Assembly: GCA_025786725.1 (NCBI GenBank)
Contig: JAHLTZ010000012.1
Coordinates: forward strand, 310,001 to 374,000
DNA length: 64,000 nucleotides
Direction of reading: 5' to 3'
Source of the DNA: Syncephalis fuscata S228
Taxonomy: Eukaryota > Fungi > Zoopagomycota
The position numbers were made by a program, and so were the translations under genes. Under the pieces are notes generated by a model. It was not told the DNA's origin. It ran no database searches and saw only the letters and a list, made by a program, of their open reading frames with translations. Below are positions 27,191 through 39,866 of this stretch, piece by piece (within the stretch, counting starts at the first letter, position 1; each line of letters starts with the position of its first letter).

Positions 27191-27852
27191 GATCAAGCGT
27201 GTGTTGTTTATACGTACGTGTTAATGATTAAAGGATTCGGAACAAAAAGTATAAACAAGTAAATTTATTCATTTATATGAGCTACTAAGTCATCACCATC
27301 TTTTTAATTGGTTGTTGTTGATATCTAAGTAGGATTTTACTTTGAATCCCACAGTTTGAGTTCCAAAGCAAAATTCGTTTTAATTGAAGTCATGCTATTA
27401 TGCACAACATGGTTATACTGCTTCCTATTAAAATGTAGCTAATAAATTGATTTAAACTATGGAGTTCTAGAAAACAAAAATGCATAATAATGGAATATTG
27501 TAAGGTATTGTTTGCTGTCAGCTTTAATATTAAAAACAACAATTTTTAGAATCTAACATCACCGCTAAGTTCCGTTTTACGATCTTATCCCGAATTAAAT
27601 CTAAATAGGATGAAACTATATTTATTACTACAAGTTTACATAGATAAATGAATTTAGATGCTAGCTTGTTGGTAATAAAATGGTGCCATTGATCAAAAGC
27701 TGAATAAACCAGAATATTGATTGAAACTTGATATATAAATGCACTAAACGACAGTTGTCGAATAGTCTTGCTTGTTTGCCGAATATATTTTTAAAATATC
27801 TTGAGCTAGCAGTTTAATTGCACCACTAATCTCAATACTTTGAAAATATTGG

Positions 27853-29931
27853 TCATTCTATGATTATAAATAGATATAGCACATAGTGTGGAATTAATGC
27901 ATAGGTCGATATTATAGAGTGCTAATTACCCCTTATTAATACAAATGATTAAATACGCACGTTATGTGTCATATGTTTAGAATAAAATTAGTTAGTATGC
28001 AGTACTACTTACATTCTATTAATATAGATTATTAGACATACACACAGAGTATAGCATGTAATTAACATATATTTGTTGCTATATATATTGTCATTTACCA
28101 GGTATTAATATAAATTGTTCAACATACACAATATAATGCATGTAACTATTATATAGCTTGTTGATGTATAATTCCATCCACCAGCTATGCATACAAATTA
28201 TTAGACATGCACAATGAATGAAATGCGATTAGTGTATGACTTTTTGGTACATAATGTCATTTACCAGCTATCGGTATAAATTATTAAATACGCATGATAC
28301 ATTACATGTAATTAATATATAATTGATTGATATATACTTCCACTTACCAGCTATTAACACAAATCATTAGACACGCACATTAAATGAAATATAATTATTA
28401 TATAATTAGTCAATATGCAATACCACCTACCACCTATCGATATGAGTTATTAAGTACATATGGTGCATCGCATGTAATTAGTATATGACTAATTAGTATA
28501 CAACGCTATTTACCAACTATTAATATAAATTATTAACCACACGTGTTGTATAACATATGTTTAGCATACAACTTTTTAACATAAACTCTCACTTACCTCC
28601 TATTAACACAATTATTAGGCACATATAGTACATGTCATACAATTAATATGTAATTAGGCAATACACAATGCTACTTACCAGCTATTAATACGAGTTATTA
28701 GACACATATACGAGGAATAACGTATAAGCAATGTATGAGTAATTAACATGAAATTACTTACGATCTAATAGTATCAGTTTGATAATACAATAGTATTTAA
28801 TTAGTTAAATAGCTAACTATTGTAATTGCAATGTATTAAGTCTAATTGAAATTCTTTTCACATCACAGAAAAAGCATGCGGTGGTAGGACGAATATCCTA
28901 TGCCCTGATGGTGTGAAAAATATTAAAAAATGCTATAGAAGTTACTAACAGAAACATATCCATTGTTCTATCCAATAAACACACTAAGCAAAAGGAATTA
29001 GCATGCATCTTCATCCCAAACATTTTACAATACAACCTCACCGGTCAAAGCGCAACACTCCCAGATTACCTTGATGTACTTCACAGTCACTACAAAGGCA
29101 AAGCCGTTTCGGCACGCTGTTTGACGAATGACATAATCTAGCTAGGCTTTAAACCAAGCAAAAATCTTACAAATTTTATATGAATTGACTTCAAGTACTA
29201 ATCAGAAAAATATCAGTATTCCGCGTCTGCATCTGCAACAAACATATCGTATGCATTACGGTAACTGAACTGGCCGTTTCAGGTTAAGAAATCTTTGCAA
29301 AAGCACTACGTAACCAATTCAGCCAATACGGCAAGATCGCCGACATTAGATGCCACTATTACCACAAACCAGCTGGATATATTTGTTTGCTGCAGGATAT
29401 CTGGATATTTCAGAAAATACGAAGGCCATCCATAATTTGACCGCACCCTCAAAGGCAAACTCTGAAAAAATGATTGGCCAACAACCAATACAATCACCAG
29501 CGTATGAAGCACAAGAGCCAGGTAACACAGCGCTTACTCTCCTAACAAAAACCAAGCTTAAGGTTTTTATGCTGGATAGCAAGAAAAATATAAAAGCACC
29601 ATTAAAGGCTGGCGGAAACATATGCAAAATATTATAGAAAAAGCATCAGGCAAGCAATCAAAAGGCTAGTTAGACTAGCTTTTGTAAAAACATAACGGCC
29701 AGGCCCGACTCGAATGGAATATAATGGTCCATTTATGTTGGAAAGGCATTGCCAACATTTTCAAAAGATAAGTATGGCAAGGCAGTGATCATTCGAATTT
29801 TTTAAAATAGAAAATAAACAATGTAATTTCAACGTACCACGACGGATTAGAGCTGATTTGGCATCCACCATGGCTGTACTGCCCACAAAAGCCACGACGA
29901 AGATGCAGACGATGACAATAGAAAGTTTCAT
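27853..29931 (-). CDS. Secreted peptide precursor built from a signal-peptide exon plus 9-11 three-nucleotide micro-exons (predicted MKLSIVIVCIFVVAFVGSTAMVDAKSALIRR-DPGVGAAAE*)
   Basis: Exon 1 at 29931-29838 (31 codons+G, donor GTACGT). 3-nt exons: ATC 28764-62, CTG 28681-79, GAG 28599-97, TTG 28516-14, GTG 28433-31, CTG 28350-48, CTG 28267-65, CTG 28184-82, [CTG 28101-28099, acceptor TAC], AAT 28015-13, [GGG 27932-30, acceptor TAA]. Terminal exon from 27857 begins AATGA. Confidence 0.75.
27858..28790 (-). repeat. Degenerate 83-bp tandem repeat (11 units), each a ~80-nt intron plus a 3-nt exon
   Basis: Unit anchors at 27926, 28009, 28095, 28178, 28261, 28344, 28427, 28510, 28593, 28675, 28758; best-conserved positions read ctaat...taaTAG NNN GTAAGT on the - strand. 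Confidence 0.9.
28860..29780 (+). pseudogene. Degenerate LINE ORF1-like relic inside intron 1 of the micro-exon gene
   Basis: Coding-like A-rich fragments with stops/frameshifts: FAKALRNQFSQYGKIADIRCHYY (RRM-like, as in LINE ORF1) and a decayed C-K..H knuckle near 29620-29650; boundaries approximate. Confidence 0.5.
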
Positions 29932-30774
29932 AGTGATGTTGATTTGTTGAAATAAACAAGTAGAATGGACAATCGAGTGTTTAGTACAAAGTAGATAGTA
30001 GTAAGTATTTACCAGAAAGTAGAATATGGCGATAATACCGCTAGTTATTTGTGTGTATGTTGTGCAAGCTATTTAAGTCTATGTTATGCTGAAATACCAA
30101 CATGTTTTGTTGTATAAAATGTTCATTGTTATGCGATATAAACCAATAGCAATACGTCCATATGGTGGCTCAAAGCATACGTATACCAATGTATCCGTGG
30201 TGTGATAGTATGTAGTCTAGTTCTTTGTTATAACCTGCTTTGTATCTACACATATGGTATGACATATTATCCAGTACATATGTAGTAGGAATTCATATAA
30301 TAAGCTAATTTTTTGTTACATTATTCAATTACATGGGCCAATTCAAACATATTGTTTATTGCCTTTTAACCATATGCATTGCCAATAATAGAACACTGTA
30401 TCCGGCCTTGACATTGTCTATTACTTGGTCGTAAAATGGCGTAGACTGAATAAATAATATATAACTCTAGGTAGAAATAATGCGCTATGCCTGTCAGGCT
30501 ACTTTGATTGGATACGTTCAAAGCTGAATTTATAGCAACAGTCTATGGCATACCAGTTAGTAAAGATCTTGTTATACAAATGATTTATATGATATAAATC
30601 GATTTAATTTAATTTAATAGTGTTAACACAAATAAGGCAATTAAATAAAGCACTTGTATTATTAAAATGGATAGTGTGGCAATCAACAACTATAATAATT
30701 ATAATAATTATAACAACTGAAATGACAACATTTTTATTACTGCTATTACTACTATTATTGTTACTAAAATCATT

Positions 30775-33700
30775 ATGCCTACAAGTAGTCCATTATTACC
30801 GGCAGTGGGCTCTCCAACGCCAACTACACCTCGTTCTCCACCGCATTCCAGCTCTAGTTGGACGGTGGAACAAGCGCGTGAAGCAAGTATTGATGGCATA
30901 TTTCGTAAATATGATATATCGCGAGTACATATTCTTGAAAGACGTACGCGGTAGGTTGAGCTGTTTCGTGGTAGTATAGCATAGTCTTTTGACAATGAAC
31001 ATAGGAATGATGCTTTAAAAACACAACGAGAGCTACGAACACTGATTCGGTAGGTTTATTTACAGTAAATATTAGTGCATGGCTTATTAGTAGTATAGCG
31101 AGCGATATAATGATATTATCTCAACTACATCGACTTTACAAGATATGGAACAGTCAGCCCAGCGTTTACTTGGTCATACGCGTGTATTGCAAGAACATTG
31201 CCGTAGTACTGATAATAATGCAACTCAAGAACCTATAATGTCGCCAACGCCATCAATGTCCACCAAGTAAGAATATGGCCCCTTAATATCATTGATTAAC
31301 CATATTGTAGAAACTTAATAGATAAGGGTGTTGCAGCAACTATTATGTCGTCACTTATACCTGAACTTGTAAATATTGATATATACAGTATTATACGCCT
31401 ATCTATGTTCTAACATTAATTCTGTAGGTGTGGCAATCTTTAAATGCACATAATTTACTACAAGCTGCCATGTTAATTATTCTAATTGAAGATATACAAT
31501 CTACTTCTCATGAAAAAGTAATATAAGATGATGTGCCATTAACCACAACTAACAATGAATACAATGAATATGTAATTAATGATATAGAAAATAACTCGAC
31601 ACATTTCTCGATTACGCACTATCACTATTTTACGAATGAAGGAACAATTAGCCTGTACAGATTTAAATGCCAATGTACGTATTTATAAATTAATCATTTG
31701 AGTAATTAACAACTATATAGGAGCTGGCACGCATTTCTTATGTAGCACGGCTTCTTGGCGTATATGATGATTGGAATACGGCTATGATTGCCTATTTAGA
31801 CGCACGACAACAAGCACTAGATGTAGTACTTGTTTCCAATTCAGAGACAGGCAACACTAGCCAATCTATTATTGATGTACTAACCATTGTACGAAATACA
31901 TGGTCACATATAACAAGTGTGGTTAGCTATACAGATGGCGATGATAAAAAGTCTAGCCAACCATTAATTACCAAGCCAGATACAGCAGAGTATATAACAC
32001 AATTAGCCCAAACAATACGCCAACGATTAGATACAACCGTCTACTGTGAGCCTAGACAAATAGACTCAATGATAAACGTTGTTGAGATAAACTGGCTATT
32101 ACCAAAGCAATGGACAGCATCACGATTTGTACTAAATGCCATGCCAAAAACAGCACTACAACAACAATTAGACAGTTGGAATGATCGGGTACAAGAGCGA
32201 TTAACAGAATTGATTCCACGTGTGTTGACACGTACCGACGATGCTATTGAGTTGGTGCAAGCACGAATCGATATTCTAAAATGGCTAGATCAGCCAGCAT
32301 CATTCGTTTCATGGGATCAGGTAAAATACATGCTAACCTATAAATAAGATTACATATCTAATAATAGACAATTGATTAGATACGCGCTTATTTGCCCTCT
32401 AAAACACTATCATTATGGGATGATATTTGTCGAAATAGTTTTAAAACACGATTTGAAGCAATTGCCCAACAAGCACTTGAGCAAATATCATCACAACCAG
32501 ACATCTTTGTACGTCCACTCATTGAACAATTGGATCAAGAGCAATATACAGGTGAGTAGTTAATTATCCCACTTTTAAATAGAATTGTAATTAGTATTAG
32601 ATTTATTGTCAAGTTATTGGAGACCACTTTCACTTTTAAGTGGTGCTGAATCCATTCGTAAAACGTGTATTCTATCTGCTCTAGGTTGGACTACCGATCT
32701 GCTAGAGACTGTGCATGAATTAGCATCGGCACTATCTAGTCTACATGAGGCATACGAACCAGCCATTCGACCAATGGATACTGTTACTACAAATGTAATT
32801 ACAGGAAGAAATCTACGATTACTTGCTTGGTAAATAAAGTACACTATAGAAATAACTAATACTTATAAGTGACAAAAGGGAACAAGAAGATCTAGGCCAT
32901 TTCTTGGATGATCAACAAGAGAAAGCGCTTTTACGCTATGTAGCAGGATTAGAACAATTAGTTAAACAACAAATAAAGCAGCTAAATAGTTTGACTAAAA
33001 TAGATAATGAAGCATTAACAGCAAGTAGGTAAAACAGTATTAATAATAGTATATCTAGTAACATTATTGTAGGCTCTGAACAATTAGTTGCATTACGCTT
33101 TATTGGCCAATTAGCCTATGCATTGTCACAAAAACATTGGTTATTAGAAAAGAAATTTACAACAATTACAGAAAATGACGATACTGAAACCACGACACTA
33201 TCTAACACTACTTTATTTAGTCAAAAGTTATTAACAGTCTATCACCAAGCACATGATACATGGATCCAACTGCAAATAGACCAACTTGGCAATACAATTG
33301 AGCATTATTTAAATAAATTATTCAATGCAATAACATTGAGCCAATGGAGGGCTGGGTGATGATTAAAGATGTAAAAATACCCGGTCAAGTATCACTAGCA
33401 CTCATTAATCCAACCTTTACCTTTATACGACAATTACAATATATGGGTATTAATGCAATGGAACCAGTAGGTTATTAAACCATTTTATCTATTTCTATTT
33501 AACTTTAGTATATAATACTAGATATTGACTAAACTCTCATCGATGGCCATTACATGTATTTTGGACAAGTTGGAGCATTGGATAGATAATTGGGCCAAAA
33601 AGTCATCACCAGCTAATACGGCAGAAGACCAGGCTCAACGTACTTTAACTGTTTATACACAATATCAGCTTGTATTTGATACTGTATTTTTGATTGAACG

Positions 33701-34121
33701 CATATTAACTGCGGGTATGCCACTTCAAGAGACACAACATTAAAAGAACGACTTGAACAGCAATTAATACGCTGTACCACCGCAGTAAGCAACATTAGTC
33801 ATATTGTTACTATTTATGCTAATAACTAGTACAGCTCTATGATGATCAAACCAAATCCATATTAAATATGATTAATAGTAGTCTAGATCGATATATTGCT
33901 AAAACAGTAGCATTTTATTATCCATATCCTATTAGTACTGCGTCCAAGGAAACGACAAATGATAGGTAATTATATCAATAATAATAATATAATTTATTAA
34001 TTACTGTTAATAGATTGCACAAGCACGCTCTATCCCACCACGCGAACCTTGTCATCGATTTAAACTATTATCGTATCCACACGTAACTGAGTCACCACTA
34101 TTTGCCATTGCTAGTTACTAA
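30775..34121 (+). CDS. COG1: Conserved oligomeric Golgi complex subunit 1 (Vps51/Vps67 N-terminal domain), intron-rich
   Basis: Spliced N-terminus IDGIFRKYDISRVHILERRTRND...ELRTLIRERYNDIISTTSTLQDM; QLVFDTVFL; C-terminal PCHRFKLL; stop TAA 34119-34121. Confidence 0.75.
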
Positions 34122-34165
34122 TGTTGTTAAATAAATATTAAACTATAACCAAATAAATTGCTATT

Positions 34166-36329
34166 GAGGATTTTAAAAAATACACAATTTTAAATTTATT
34201 AAATTTATTTATTAATATAATCATTCTTTATTTACCCCGCACTTCGTTTTCTTGTAATGGCGTTCACCACAAATTAACATTCTTTAATAACACGTTTTCT
34301 TTTCTTGGTAGCCGTTTCATTAGTAGTTTGTATTTGTTCTTCAATAAAGCTGCTTGTTTCAACATTATTAGTGCTAGTGTTTACAGAGCATGTTCTTGTA
34401 TTGTGTCCTTTTAAGTTACAATTGCGACAAGCATATTGTTGAGAGGCTTCCAAAGCTTCACCACAAGATCCAGTTATTTTAACTCTTGGTCTACCGACTT
34501 TCTTCATTATTGTCGGTGGTAAACACGAGGTGTCTGCAATAATTGACTCCATTTCAACCGGACAAATTTCTGAAGCATATACTTTTTTTAGATAATTAAG
34601 GTGTAAGATTTATCAATAAAATCATCTAATAAAAGCCCACGATTCTCCAAAATTATTGCCACATGACTACAAACAAACTTCATCTCTTCCCAGTATCCAC
34701 ACGTGCAGGTTTTTGCAGTTAAATCTACTGTTCTGACAATACCAGACTTGGTATCTTTAACTTGAAATTTGGTATCAGAATAATCGTCAACTATATAATT
34801 ATTGGCGTCAGTTAATGTTGATTCATACAACAATTGGGTATTATTAGATAATAATCCTTGAGTTTGTGAATACTTGGTTCTACGTTTATACAACAAAGTT
34901 CCAACTTTGGCGACAAATCCAGTAAAAAAGTGATAATGGGATTTGTTCCAAAGATTGTTCATCCATGAGTCTAATGACTCTGATGAATTTGAATTAACGC
35001 AACCAAATCTTGGCCATTTAAAAGATGATCTAGCCCAGTTTTTGCTGAGTCTATTAGCTTGTTATAAGCTGGCTCATTTAATGACCGTATCACTTTCATT
35101 GAATCTAGAAAATAAATTAGTACTTTGAATGTAATTTAAATAAATATAAATACCATCAAACTCTTTACTAGTTAAAGCTTTTGCAGCTTTCCATATTAAT
35201 CCATCAAACTTTGTTTTAAATTCAGCGTTGATATTTTTTCGATATGAGCAACACATGCAGAGTGGTGTGCCAAGGGAAATACAGTCCTTATCGAAGACTC
35301 TATTTCTTTACTCTGCCGCTAATGATGACTTGATCTTTTTCTTTTAATTCAGGTATTGAATCTGCTAAATGTTTAAGAAAATAGACCCAGTTGTTTTCAT
35401 TTTCATGAGATACTATAGCAACAGCCAAAGGGAAAATATTGTTATCTCCATCTTGAACAACTGCAGCAAGAGCAACACCGCCATAAGAAGATCTTAGATG
35501 GCAGACATCAATTAGCAGTACTTTACGAGTATACTGGTAAGCTTTAATAGTGATGAAGGACATAAAAATGCCCTTTCAAAGTTACCAGACTGGTTCTGCG
35601 AGAAGTGCTGAACAGAGCCAGGATTAAAATGTTCGAATTTGATAAGGTAATCTTTAATAATGAAAAAGAATTGATATCGCCATTAATATCATTCTTTTTC
35701 ATCGAATTAAGAGCGGACCAAGCTTTATAATAAGAAATATCAACACCTGTTGAGCTATTACAGTTGTTAATGTATATTAAATAATCAAATATGTACCTAC
35801 TTTGATACTTTTCTTTGTACATCTTTTGGTTTTACATTTGAGAATGTAGCAACATCTTTTGCAATATATTTAGCAATGGACTTAATAGTACCAGTACCAG
35901 AATTATATGGACAGTCATCAAAATGTTCAAGATTGCATTGAACAATCTTTACTAAGCCAGTTTTCTGCTTTCTGGCAGTCAAAACAAATTGACATTTATT
36001 GCTGAAACGGTCTTCATGAGGACAAATAAGCTGTAATCTTGTTGAATCGCTACTTTTCCTTTTAAAATTGCAATTTTTAACAAGCTTAAACTCATCAACA
36101 GCGGCCCTCAGTTCTTCAATACTGTTAAATATTGCTTTTTTAAATAGTTTGGTAGACATTGCGATATATTTTCAAAACGGTATATTTTGATAAATAAAAT
36201 CAAAAGCGGTTTATTTTTATTTATTAAATTTATTATACTAAACTTAAAAAGAAAAACTATTATAATGACATTTAAAAACTGTGTATCTTTTTAAATAAAA
36301 GTAAAAACAGTGTATTTTTCAAAAGTCTC
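34166..36329 (-). mobile_element. Mutator-like (MULE/MuDR) DNA transposon with a disrupted transposase
   Basis: TIRs GAGGATTTTAAAAAATACAC / GAGACTTTTGAAAAATACAC (17/20); TSD (a/t)attgctatt at 34156-34165 and 36330-36339; fragments LIDVCHL..YGG..LAAVVQDGDNNIFPLAVAIV..EN..NW, SWIM CTCGYW..FVCSH, knuckle CRNCNLKGHNTRTC. Confidence 0.92.
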
Positions 36330-37018
36330 TATTGCTATTTCATATGCCACCTGTAAGAACTTGATTGGCTCGAGACAGTTAACAAGGATTAGAGGGCAGT
36401 GAACAAACTGGCCACCCTCTTTCCATTTTTATTTTGAATTAATTAACAAGTGGATAGAAAAGGGGGTACAGTCAAAACCATCATCCAATGTGGTCATCTT
36501 TATCCAAATGGTGCCCACTCAAATTCACATACACTCACACACGCCACTCACACACGCACACTACCACGACGACCACACCCGAACACGGCCACCCTTAGCG
36601 CAATATAGGAACAACAATACTCCCATACGTAGGCTTGCTTTAAGCAAGATCGTACCATCTAGCCACCAATCGCTACGGGCTGATTGTACAAACGACGAAT
36701 CACTCTTTAGTATAGTTGGTATATACGGGTCGCCGGCAGACTGAACAAGCAATTGGGTCTTCTAAAGTACGCCATCCGCATACACGCCCCAACACACACA
36801 CACACAACACTCGGTCAATCATTCGTACTGATTAATAGCATTTCTCATCTTTTGCACACCCACTCACCCACACATATTCTTCATACACCCACCTACCACT
36901 ACCACTGCACTTTGACTCGATTGCCACGTAACAGCAACAGCAAAGCCATTTGTGCGGCGGCCGCTGTTGATACTCGTCATCTGCGATTGTTGCCGCGACA
37001 GTAATCGGCATAGCCGTG

Positions 37019-39866
37019 ATGAACAACAAGGCAAAATCATTTCGTTCACGCAAGGTGGACGCTAAGCGACCCCTTCCCGTCTATCGTGCCTCTGAGATCC
37101 CAGACCTTGATGAAAATCTCAGTGCTCAACGGTCTGTTCCGCTCATTGACACTGGCGTTGAGAAGGAAGAGGAAACGGTAAGTAGCATTGAGTGTGGACG
37201 TTGATTGGCTGGCACTGCATGCCATGCTGTAGTGTGATTGGGTGTCATTATTGCTGACTAATTACTAATTATACAACTATTGACGACAATATCCATATTA
37301 CACACACACATATATATATATGAATAGGAGCACCATTTGCAAGCGGCCATTTCTGCCGCCAATGCTCATAGTGAAGCAGCCAAGCCAATTTATATTCCGA
37401 CACCTGATGCTAGTCGACTCGTTGCAGATTATGACGGGATAGCGAGAGCACTGTTCCACCGACCCCATACTTATATTCGGTTTTCATCGACAGTTGAAGA
37501 ATGTGGCGGTCTGGGCTATGTCATGTCAGAGGCCGATAAACAATGGCTAACAAATTGGCAATTGGAACAGCACAAGCCACTACTGCTACTGCTACTGCTA
37601 CAAATGATAGTGCAGCAATAGCCGCATCTACAGGCAAACCAATTGTAGATGATGATTTATTTGAAGATATTATGGATACCCTTGAAGATTTGGCAGATCG
37701 TCAAGTAAGTTTATCTATCATTAATAATAATAATAATAATAATAACATTGCATTAATATGATATAATAGCCCAATGTAATAGATAAGGAATACGCTGAAG
37801 TTGAATCAGCAATAAAAGAAACGGCAATGCGTCAAAATATCCAACATGTAATGTAGTTACTGCATTGTCAGAAATAACATCGGCAGTAGAAGCTATATTT
37901 AATTACTGGCAAACAAGACGACGTGCCCATAATGGACTATCCATTATGCCTCAACTTAAAGTAAGTTATCCACTCTATTATAATATCTACTCTATAAATA
38001 ACAACCGCATTTATTATTGTATGTATAGACGGATGAACAATCACAAAAAGAAAGCGATCCATATTTATGTTTCCGTCGGCGTGAAGTCAAACCAATGCGT
38101 AAAACACGTCGAAGTGATGCCCAATCACTCGATAAACTGCGACAACTTCGCTCAGAACTACACCAAGCATGCCATCTACTAGAAATGGTAGATCGCCGTG
38201 AAAAGATGCGCCAAGAATCACTAGCACTTGAACAGTTGTGCTTTGATCAAAAGATGATTATGCGCGAACTACGTCAAAAGTACAACTTTAAAGACGAATC
38301 TGACGGACTTTACCACGTCAAGGTAAATACATTAATATTAATATTACCAATATTGTTTATAATCTAACGATGGAATAGAAAAAGCTCAAAAAGGTCGAAA
38401 CAAGACACTTACTCAGTGGTCTATCCAAACAACAACGATCGGCTCATGGACATGCCAATAACAATGGTCTATCTATCCTCCCTAACGAAGGAGAGGATGG
38501 CTATGGTCGTGGTACAACAACGGCATCAGCCCACGATGAACTATTTGCTAAGCGTATCGAAGAAGAATTACAACAACGCAGATTACGTGACGTTGGATGG
38601 TACGATATCACCGAAGTAAGCACGCCATTGTAGTAATACTATTGATAACTAACATTTTATCTTTTTCTAGGATCCATATCAACCATTTCCAATACCTGTT
38701 GCTGAACAGCGCTTTAAAACTATTAATCAACACTCGGGTATACAGTATCGACGCCGTACTGGACGTGGGGCCGTATATTCTTGGATCGTCGATTGACTCG
38801 TCCTCCTCCCTCTTCTACTACTTCTACTACTACTACTACTACTACAACCACAGCACCTATGCCACTCTATCGCGATACCAGTGAATTACCACTATCACGG
38901 TCATCTCCCTTTAATAAACGGACTCGATTCGATAACGACAATGAATATGACGACACCGATTGGTTAGATAACACCGCCAAAATAGCCCTAAATGAATGGA
39001 ATACCAGGTAAATAGCAATATTATTATTACTAGTTTATATTAATATATATGTATTATGATAGCCTACTTAATTATCGAGCTGGTTTATTAACTGAATCAG
39101 ATTTACAGCAAGCTAAAACTAAACCATGGTTAATGACGCAATCACATTATGCTCATTTATCAGCATCATCAACCACATCTTCACCGTATGTTACAGCATT
39201 TGGTACTGATAATTACTATACACATAGTGGCTCTTCTTTTCTATCCACACCGCTACATCGTAAAATGGCCGATCTATCCGGCACTATGACCGACGATACT
39301 AAATCACCACTCAAGTCATCCATTCATCGATATGACGATGAACTAGCAAGTCCCTCTCCTATTCATCATCGGGCCACGCCATCTGACCACGATATACGTA
39401 TATTGACCACGCATGGTACGACAAAGCATAAACATACGGTATCGGGCCCCCCATTGTCACCATCATCACCGCTATCTGAATCGAGTCCTCCGAGTAGTCT
39501 ACATAGCTTCTCATCAGCTAATTTAAATAGCGTGACGGCTATTGCGTTGTCTAAACCACCACCGACTGCTTCATTGCCCTCGCCTAGTGCGGTCGTTAAT
39601 GCTAATCGCAGTATGGGTGCACTAATGCTGACTACAGGCGATGCACTGGCCCGTTCCATTCCTAATGTGCATAGTAATCCGGGTACACCTCAATTAACTA
39701 CACGACAAGATACAGTGTCACCGATCAATTCCCCTCATGTTAGTGCTAATAAATCGGCCACTTCTCCTCTAGTAAGTAGTAAACGTTATATTATTATTAT
39801 ATTAATAGGATACTGATTAATATTGATTGGTAATAGATACAGCGTTTACCAGTACCGCCTCATTAA
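37019..39866 (+). CDS. EPL1: Enhancer of polycomb-like protein (NuA4 subunit), multi-exon, some apparent frameshifts
   Basis: SFRSRKVDAKRPLPV, TGVEKEEE.EHHLQAAI, YIPTPDA, YIRFSSTVEE, DPYLCFRRREVKPMRKTRRSD, YRRRTGRGGRI..DRR. Confidence 0.92.

Noticed and set aside
27900-28790. CRISPR-like array or plain satellite
   Set aside because: Eukaryotic context, no cas genes, and the 'spacers' are homologous to each other. The best-conserved positions are splice signals, so an intron/micro-exon array explains it better.
30620-30979. ORF with a poly-Ile/Leu 'signal peptide'
   Set aside because: Produced by (ATA)/(CTA) microsatellites; the real COG1 frame starts at 30775 in another frame.
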